From Eubacteriales bacterium (GTDB lineage Bacteria; Bacillota; Clostridia; Oscillospirales; CAG-272), in the NCBI GenBank assembly GCA_045544955.1, contig JAZPZY010000003.1:5168-69167 (forward strand): DNA of 64,000 bases. The letters are read 5' to 3'. Both the position numbers and the translations under genes were made by a program. Of this stretch, positions 58,217 to 64,000 are shown piece by piece (position 1 is the stretch's first letter; each line of letters opens with the position of its first letter). The notes under the pieces were generated by a model. That model searched no databases. It saw nothing but the letters and a program-made list of their open reading frames with translations, and had not been told where the DNA came from.

Positions 58217-59117
58217 AGTCAAAGCCAAGACGCTCTATGGTATCCGCAAAGCGTTCGCCCTTTATCCCTTCGTCACGGAACAGAAGAATGGCCTTTTCCA
58301 CTACCCGGAGCACTTCTTCCTCCTCCGTAAACAGTTTCGACAGCGGCTTTCCCACGGCAGTCTTTTTGCCCCAGCGTCCGCCGATGCAGATCTTATACCC
58401 TTCCGTTCCCTTCGCAAATACGCCGAAGGGGCACTTCTTCTCACACCGGCCGCAGTGATTGCACAGCGTTTCGTCAATACGGATCTTTCCCTCCGACACG
58501 GACGCCGCCCCCATGGGACAAAACGCCTCCACCGCACATTTGCCGCATCCGCGGCATTTTGTAAGATCCGGCGTGAAGATCCGCTGACCGATAATGCCGA
58601 TATCATTCAGATCCGGCTTTACGCAGTTGTTGGGACAGCCGCCCACGGCGATCTTGCATTTATGGGGCAGAACTGTATCGTGATACCCCACGTAAAACCG
58701 TTCGTGGATCTTTTCACTCAACGCAAACGTATCGATCCTGCCGAACTGGCAGGTAGTCCCCTTACAGGACACTACGGGACGCACCTTCGGGCCGGTGCCG
58801 CCCGTTGCAAGGCCGTTCTCCTGCAAAAAGAGGATCAGTGCCGGAATACTTTCGTAAGGCACGCCCAGGATCTCCACCGACAACCGGCTGGTCATGGCCA
58901 CCTCCCGGGAACCGAACAGATCCGCCGCCTGTGCGATGGCTCTCTGCTCGTCGCTGGTGATCTTTCCGTTGCGGGTGATAACACGCACGTTGAACACGTC
59001 TGCGTACCGCTTATCTTTGAGACAGCCGAGTCCTTTTACTTTGGCGATCTGTTCCGGGGTGAGCGCCCCGTTCTGCATTTCCAGTCCAAGAATTTCAAAA
59101 GCTTTTGCCGTATCCAT
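58188..59117 (-). CDS. sulfite/nitrite-reductase-like Fe-S protein with ferredoxin insert (AsrC/DsrA-like architecture)
   Basis: ATG 59117 (MDTAKAFEILG...). SCKGTTCQFG...GGCPNNC resembles the siroheme-[4Fe-4S] cysteine pattern. CRGCGKCAVEAFCP and CNHCGRCEKKCP are 2x[4Fe-4S] ferredoxin motifs. Confidence 0.7.
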   Translation of the reverse strand: MDTAKAFEILGLEMQNGALTPEQIAKVKGLGCLKDKRYADVFNVRVITRNGKITSDEQRAIAQAADLFGSREVAMTSRLSVEILGVPYESIPALILFLQENGLATGGTGPKVRPVVSCKGTTCQFGRIDTFALSEKIHERFYVGYHDTVLPHKCKIAVGGCPNNCVKPDLNDIGIIGQRIFTPDLTKCRGCGKCAVEAFCPMGAASVSEGKIRIDETLCNHCGRCEKKCPFGVFAKGTEGYKICIGGRWGKKTAVGKPLSKLFTEEEEVLRVVEKAILLFRDEGIKGERFADTIERLGFDYVEKKLIGE

Positions 59118-59160
59118 CTTTTCTCTTCCTTTCCGTCTTTTTTCACGGTAATATATATTT

Positions 59161-59189
59161 ATGATACCATAATTGCAGAAATATGTCAA
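59161..59189 (-). promoter_or_regulatory. sigma-A type promoter for the Fe-S/importer operon
   Basis: Minus strand reads TTGACA (59189-59184), 17 nt, TATCAT (59166-59161). 5' UTR is only about 40 nt. Confidence 0.65.
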
Positions 59190-59240
59190 CAAACCGTACC
59201 CCCTTGACTAAATGAAAAGTCCCAATTCGACTTTATGTTC

Positions 59241-59309
59241 CCGACCGAATGTCGGCTTCATAAGGCTCCCTCTGTGAGGGAGCTGTCGCCGCAGGCGACT
59301 GAGGGAGAG
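59241..59309. repeat. REP-like compound palindromic element
   Basis: Hairpins CCGAC/GTCGG (59241-59255), GCTCCCT/AGGGAGC (59265-59283) and GTCGCC-GCA-GGCGAC (59285-59299). An alternative partner GAGGGAG lies at 59301-59307. Confidence 0.7.
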
Positions 59310-59356
59310 TGCATATACATAAAAATTCAGCAAAATTCACGTTCCGCAGACTCCTT

Positions 59357-59393
59357 CCACCACTTCGTGGTCCCCCTCCCTCCCGGAGGGAGG
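59357..59393. repeat. REP-like palindromes (second cluster)
   Basis: CCAC-CACTTC-GTGG (59357-59370) and an 8-bp perfect palindrome CCTCCCTC-CCG-GAGGGAGG (59375-59393). Confidence 0.7.
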
Positions 59394-59464
59394 CTTTGGT
59401 GAAATGAAAATTACAGCGGGAACACAATAGGTAATTGGAAGAATGAAAAAAACATACAAGTCTA

Positions 59465-59492
59465 TTGACATTTTCCGAAATTTTGGTACAAT
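59465..59492 (+). promoter_or_regulatory. sigma-A type promoter for the DUF4838-like gene
   Basis: TTGACA (59465-59470), 16 nt, TGn-TACAAT (59487-59492). Confidence 0.65.
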
Positions 59493-59524
59493 GGAGTCAA
59501 CCTGTTTTTTTAAGGAGAAAACGT

Positions 59525-61501
59525 ATGTATACTATCTCGAAAATCACGTCCCATACCACCGTTGACTTCGCCGCGGAGGAACTGAAAAAATATCTCCGCA
59601 TGATGATGCCCCGGTGCGGGGAGATCCCCGTAAGCTACGCACCGCAGGCAAAAGACGGATTCCGCATCGGTCTTATGCAGGATTTCTCTCTTGACACCTC
59701 CGATGCGGCCGACACCTCCCTTGACGATATCGTATATATTGACACGGACGAAAAGGGCGGCATCATCGCCGGCTCCAATCCCGGTGCCGTGCTGATCGCC
59801 GTTTACCGCTATCTCCGTGCTCTGGGATGCCGCTGGCTCTTCCCCGGCATCGACGGCGAATGGATCCCCATGATCGACGCACTCACGCCGGTACGCTACC
59901 GCAAACTGGCCGATCACCGCTACCGCGGACAGTGCAATGAGGGTGCCGAGTATCAGCCCAACATGATCGAAACCATCGATTTCACCCCGAAGATCGGTAT
60001 GAACACCTACATGCTGGAGTTTGATAACCCGTACTGCTATTACAACTCCTATTACAACCACGCCGCCAGCAAGACCCGGGAGCCGGAGCCGGTACACCGG
60101 GATACCATTCTCCAGTGGAAGCGGCAGTGCGAGGCGGAGATTCAGAAACGCGGTCTGCATTTCCACGATATGGGACACGGCTGGACCGCCGAGCCCTTTG
60201 GCATCGACAGCTCCAAGGGCTGGGTTTCCGAGCCGGAAAGCGTTGTACCGGAGGAAAACCGGAAATATCTCGCTGAGATCGGCGGCAGACGGAAGCTGAA
60301 CAACGGCGTGCCGCTGAACACCAACATCTGCATGTCCAATCCCGAAGCCAGAAAGATCATGGCCGATTACATCGCCGACTATGCGGAAAAGCAGAACAAC
60401 GTAGATTTTCTGCACATCTGGCTGGCAGACGGCAAAAACAATCACTGCGAGTGCGAAAACTGCCAAAAGAAGCGTCCCGCCGACTGGTACATTATGCTTC
60501 TGAACGACATTGACGCAGAGCTGACAAGACGGAATCTGAACACCCATCTGGTATTCATCGTATACGTGGATACGTTCTGGGCACCGATTCAGGAAAAGCT
60601 CAACAACAACAAGCGATTCACCATGCTGTTCGCCCCCATCACCCGTCTCTATACGGAAACCTACGCCGAAAAGCCGGATCATTCTAAGATCAAGCCCTAC
60701 GTACGCAATCAGCTGACGCTGCCCCAGGGCATGGGCGAATCCCTGGCGCATCTGGAGGAGTGGAAAGAAAACTGGACCGGCGACTGCTTCTGCTACGAAT
60801 ACCACTTCATGGATTTCCAGTACCAGGATCCCAGCGGACTGTTTATGGCAGACATCGTAAGCCGGGACATCAAAGCCCTCCGGCAGAACGGTCTCAGCGG
60901 TATCGTGGAGGACGGCTCCCAGCGCAGCTACTTCCCCACCGGCTTTACGTTCTACGTATACGGCGAAACGCTGTTTGACGCCGATGCGGATTTTGAATCC
61001 CTGAAGAAAGACTATTTCAGCCACGCCTTCGGTGAGAAGTGGAAAGAGGTCGTTTCTTATCTGGAAAGCATCCGCGACCGTCTTCCTTTCCGTTACTTCT
61101 TCGGCAAGACCAACTTCTTCAACGGACGTAAGCCCAGCGACGCCGGTATTTACTACAATCCCGACGTAGCTCCGTTGGCGGCAGAGGTACATAAGATTGC
61201 AGCCGATTTCGCCCCCGTGATCGCCGCGAACAAGCATCAGTATTACCGTGCGTCCTCCGTCGCATGGCAGATTCTGGACGTATTCAACATGGCTCTGGAC
61301 AAGATGGCCACCATCACCGAGCAGAAGTGCGTAGGCAACCACAAGGAAGCCATCGCCGCCATCGACGATATGATGCTTGCCCTTTCCGAAAAGGAGATCT
61401 ATATCGAACGCTGGTATGACCACTATCTGTTCTGCCGTGCATGGGAGCGTCTCACGGAAGGCATGCGCGGAAAGTTCCAAAACGACAATATCGTTTCGTA
61501 A
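59525..61501 (+). CDS. DUF4838-like (GH20-related fold) protein
   Basis: ATG 59525 follows AAGGAG. N-terminus ITSHTTVDFAAEELKKYLRMM...AVLIAVYRYLRALGCRWLFPG resembles DUF4838 proteins (recalled pattern, not searched). Confidence 0.6.
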   Translation: MYTISKITSHTTVDFAAEELKKYLRMMMPRCGEIPVSYAPQAKDGFRIGLMQDFSLDTSDAADTSLDDIVYIDTDEKGGIIAGSNPGAVLIAVYRYLRALGCRWLFPGIDGEWIPMIDALTPVRYRKLADHRYRGQCNEGAEYQPNMIETIDFTPKIGMNTYMLEFDNPYCYYNSYYNHAASKTREPEPVHRDTILQWKRQCEAEIQKRGLHFHDMGHGWTAEPFGIDSSKGWVSEPESVVPEENRKYLAEIGGRRKLNNGVPLNTNICMSNPEARKIMADYIADYAEKQNNVDFLHIWLADGKNNHCECENCQKKRPADWYIMLLNDIDAELTRRNLNTHLVFIVYVDTFWAPIQEKLNNNKRFTMLFAPITRLYTETYAEKPDHSKIKPYVRNQLTLPQGMGESLAHLEEWKENWTGDCFCYEYHFMDFQYQDPSGLFMADIVSRDIKALRQNGLSGIVEDGSQRSYFPTGFTFYVYGETLFDADADFESLKKDYFSHAFGEKWKEVVSYLESIRDRLPFRYFFGKTNFFNGRKPSDAGIYYNPDVAPLAAEVHKIAADFAPVIAANKHQYYRASSVAWQILDVFNMALDKMATITEQKCVGNHKEAIAAIDDMMLALSEKEIYIERWYDHYLFCRAWERLTEGMRGKFQNDNIVS

Positions 61502-61533
61502 TTGCAATAGATTTATAAAGGAGTTTCCTTCTC

Positions 61534-64000
61534 ATGAACTGGATCAAATCAGGATTTGAAGGCTTTTCAAAGGGCACCATGGGCAACGGCGGACAGAATC
61601 TGTACGTTTCCGCCGGCGGCACACTGCAGCGCATCTTCAACTTTGACGTAAACAACGACGGCTATCCGGATCTTCCCATTGCCAACAGCCACGCCATGAA
61701 CGAAAAGCCGCCGCTGTATGTGTTCAGCAATCTCACCGATGAAGAACCGCTTCTGCTGCCCACCAACGGCACGTATTCCGCCGTTTTCACCGATATCACC
61801 GGCGACGGCACGGACGATCTGATCGTTGCCTGCCAGCACAACGGCGTACACACGGACGTATCTGCCGTCATTTACTACGGCAGCGAGCAGGGACTTTCTG
61901 AAAAATACCGGACGGAAATTCTCGCTCCCAACGCCACCGGCGTGGTAGCAGCCGATTTCAAGGGCGAAGGCAAAAAGGCACTGCTCTTCCTGTGCGGCAA
62001 AAAGGTACGGATTTACTATCCTACCGCACTGGGCATTGAGCCTACGGAATATAAGGATCTGGAGATCCCCGCTCTGTCTGCAGCCGCCGGCGATCTGGAC
62101 GGAGACGGCTATGACGATCTGTACGTCATGGGTGCGGAAAGCGGCGATCTGACCGTGTACTGGGGCTCACCCGAGGGACTCTCACCCGACAACAAAACCG
62201 TATTCGCCAACGCTTCCATCCCCGGCGATGAGCGCACGGCATCCACCACCGCAGGCAGAAAGATGTATCGCTGGAATCCCTGGCTGTGCTGTGTGATCAG
62301 CGTAAAGGGAAAAGCTATGACCTTCCGCGCCGAGGGTGCTTACGCCGTTTTTGAAAGCTTCGGCAAGGATCGAAAGCCCCATGAGGAAATGCGTATATAC
62401 TGCACCGAGCCCAACACCACAAAGGACATGGATGTGGATGCCGTATTCTTCGGAAACGGCGCGGTTCACGTAACAACGGGCGATCTCAGAAACACCGGTG
62501 CCACCGATATCATCATCGCGGTGGCTACTGAATTTGAGACGGCAGAGGACACGCTGGTGCTTTGGGAGTGTGAAAATTACAACCCGGAAAAAGCCACCCG
62601 TATCCCCGTCCCCTGCGCAAGAAGCGTATCGGTTGGTCCTATCGGCGCCGATCCGAAAAACTATCTGTACATCGCCCTCGGCTGTGAGGCGGACAATCTG
62701 GAGATCCCCGGCGCGGTATACGCCTTCGATAAGGACGGAAACGCGGAAAAGGTCCGCGATCTGCCCGCCATGGAGGCAACCTCTATCCTCTCCGGCAAAA
62801 CCTTCACCGACGGCAGACATCAGGTTGTCATCGTCAATCATGAGGGAGAGCGGCATTTAGGCATGGAGCAGATCGCCGTCTTTTTGGGCGGTGAGGACGG
62901 CTACAGCGGCGAGAGAAAAATTTCCCTGCCCGGCTGTGCAGCCGTAGACTGCGTGCCTGTGGATCTGAACGATGACGGACAGGTGGAAATTCTCGTGGTC
63001 AACTGCGCGGAAAATGCACCGCAGCTTGACCCCGGTGCCACTATCTACTGGGGCAAGGACGGCACCTTCGACCCTCAGCGGAAAAGCTGCTTCAACACCC
63101 GTACCAGCCATGGCTGTGCCCTGGGCGATTTCCGCAAATGCGGCTATATCGATCTTATCTTCCCCGGCATCAGCAACCGCACGCTCCGCTACTTCAAGGG
63201 AGGCCCTGACGGATACGATTTCGAACATCCCGAATATCTGATCCTCGGTCCGGACAAGGAAGAGGTGGAATGGCGGCAGAGAGGCCGTGCCTACGAGCTG
63301 ACCGTGCGTGATCCCAAGGAAGCGGCCCGCTGCCGTGAATTCGGCGGGCCCCGCTGGATCTTCTCTGCCGATCTGAACGGAGACGGCTGGCTGGATCTGA
63401 TCGTTCCGCAGATCACCGGTCCCCGTGCCATGATCTTCTGGGGCGGTCCCGAGGGCTTCAGCGAAAAGCGGATGCAGATTCTGGCGGCAGACTGTGCCGC
63501 CGCCGCTAACGTAGCCGATCTGAACGGGGACGGCTATCCGGAGCTGATCTTTGCGTCCCATATGACCGTCGGCCACACCTTCCCCCAGGAAAAGGGAAAG
63601 ATCATCATTTACTGGGGCAGCAAGGACGGTTATGCGGAAAACCGCAAAACGTATCTGCCCACCTTCTGTGCCAACGCCGTAACCATACAGGACTTCAACG
63701 GCGACGGACTTCTTGATATCTACGCCACCGCCTATGCAAACGGACGGTTCCGTGATATCGATTCCAAAATGTACTTCCAGTCCGAGGACGGCATGTTCCA
63801 TCTGGATAATCACAAGCTGATCTTCAACAATTCCGGATGCGGCTGTCTCGCCGGCGACTTCAACGGCGACGGATATATGGATCTTGCCGTTGCCAGCCAT
63901 AAAAAGGACGGTAATCACGTAGCGGATTCCTTCGTATTCTGGGGCGGCGAGGACGGCATCAACGAAACGCGCTACACTGCTCTTCCCACCGTGGGACCCC
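61534..64000 (+). CDS. FG-GAP/VCBS-repeat protein, N-terminal 822 codons (continues beyond window end)
   Basis: Missing from the ORF track because it has no stop. I translated the frame from ATG 61534 (AAAGGAG RBS) to 63999 without a stop. Repeated calcium-binding-type motifs: DVNNDGYPDL, DITGDGTDDLIV, DLDGDGYDDLYV, DLNDDGQVEILV, DLNGDGWLDLIV, DLNGDGYPELIF, DFNGDGLLDIY, DFNGDGYMDLAV, each followed by (I/V)Y(W/Y)G. Confidence 0.85.
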   Translation, partial: MNWIKSGFEGFSKGTMGNGGQNLYVSAGGTLQRIFNFDVNNDGYPDLPIANSHAMNEKPPLYVFSNLTDEEPLLLPTNGTYSAVFTDITGDGTDDLIVACQHNGVHTDVSAVIYYGSEQGLSEKYRTEILAPNATGVVAADFKGEGKKALLFLCGKKVRIYYPTALGIEPTEYKDLEIPALSAAAGDLDGDGYDDLYVMGAESGDLTVYWGSPEGLSPDNKTVFANASIPGDERTASTTAGRKMYRWNPWLCCVISVKGKAMTFRAEGAYAVFESFGKDRKPHEEMRIYCTEPNTTKDMDVDAVFFGNGAVHVTTGDLRNTGATDIIIAVATEFETAEDTLVLWECENYNPEKATRIPVPCARSVSVGPIGADPKNYLYIALGCEADNLEIPGAVYAFDKDGNAEKVRDLPAMEATSILSGKTFTDGRHQVVIVNHEGERHLGMEQIAVFLGGEDGYSGERKISLPGCAAVDCVPVDLNDDGQVEILVVNCAENAPQLDPGATIYWGKDGTFDPQRKSCFNTRTSHGCALGDFRKCGYIDLIFPGISNRTLRYFKGGPDGYDFEHPEYLILGPDKEEVEWRQRGRAYELTVRDPKEAARCREFGGPRWIFSADLNGDGWLDLIVPQITGPRAMIFWGGPEGFSEKRMQILAADCAAAANVADLNGDGYPELIFASHMTVGHTFPQEKGKIIIYWGSKDGYAENRKTYLPTFCANAVTIQDFNGDGLLDIYATAYANGRFRDIDSKMYFQSEDGMFHLDNHKLIFNNSGCGCLAGDFNGDGYMDLAVASHKKDGNHVADSFVFWGGEDGINETRYTALPTVGP

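Noticed and set aside
59118-59524. Cobalamin riboswitch upstream of the BtuFCD-like operon
   Set aside because: I read both strands for the B12 box (..AGYCMGGAGACCKGCC..) and GCCACTG and found neither. The promoter at 59189-59161 leaves only about 40 nt of leader. The structured DNA further upstream is REP-like palindromes.
1-64000. Search for CRISPR arrays, tRNA/rRNA genes, IS elements, prophage or defence-system genes
   Set aside because: There are no regularly spaced direct repeats. No ORF has transposase, integrase, recombinase, reverse-transcriptase, nuclease-helicase or restriction-methylase motifs. No intergenic region has a tRNA-like cloverleaf sequence that I could recognise.

Overview
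This looks like a high-GC Firmicutes/Clostridia chromosome segment. The taxon is inferred from gene content only: a SleB-type cell-wall hydrolase, class-1B PyrK/PyrD, the ACT+UPF0210 pair and DUF1015. I call 54 protein-coding genes, two of which run off the window ends and are missing from the ORF track. I found no rRNA, tRNA, CRISPR array, transposase, integrase or reverse transcriptase. The main blocks in order are: ACT/UPF0210 pair; peptidoglycan-related enzymes (M14 peptidase, CE4 deacetylase); rlmD; an AT-rich two-gene insertion; tag plus a NUDIX gene; a GH78 rhamnosidase with a 974-aa glycosidase-like gene; DUF1015; aspartate kinase; HIT; an amidohydrolase-FkbM pair; an eight-gene pyrimidine operon (pyrC-carB-pyrK-pyrD-pyrF-pyrE-pyrB-pyrI) with a PyrR-type leader; azlCD; a SleB-like hydrolase; a lipoprotein, a serine hydrolase and a GH42-like protein; a lower-GC lipoprotein/ABC-2 exporter module with a convergent ArsR-fusion regulator; potABCD behind a 634-nt non-coding region; a NagA-like amidohydrolase; an MBOAT/DltD-like surface O-acylation module; a FecBCD/BtuFCD-type importer coupled to an AsrC-like Fe-S protein; DUF4838; and an FG-GAP repeat protein. 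Nearly every transcription unit has a near-consensus sigma-A promoter (TTGACA-17-TATAAT type) and a GC hairpin terminator readable by eye. Most of the window is ordinary core genome. The parts worth a second look are: (1) the rlmD/tag cassette insertion built from duplicated promoter-terminator modules; (2) the promoter-to-terminator non-coding unit upstream of potA; (3) the LRR-fused DltD-like paralogues around an MBOAT; (4) the sulfite-reductase-like protein coupled to a chelate importer; and (5) REP-like palindromes. I cannot show that any of these is a new system. All function calls rest on motif recognition by eye, not on database searches.
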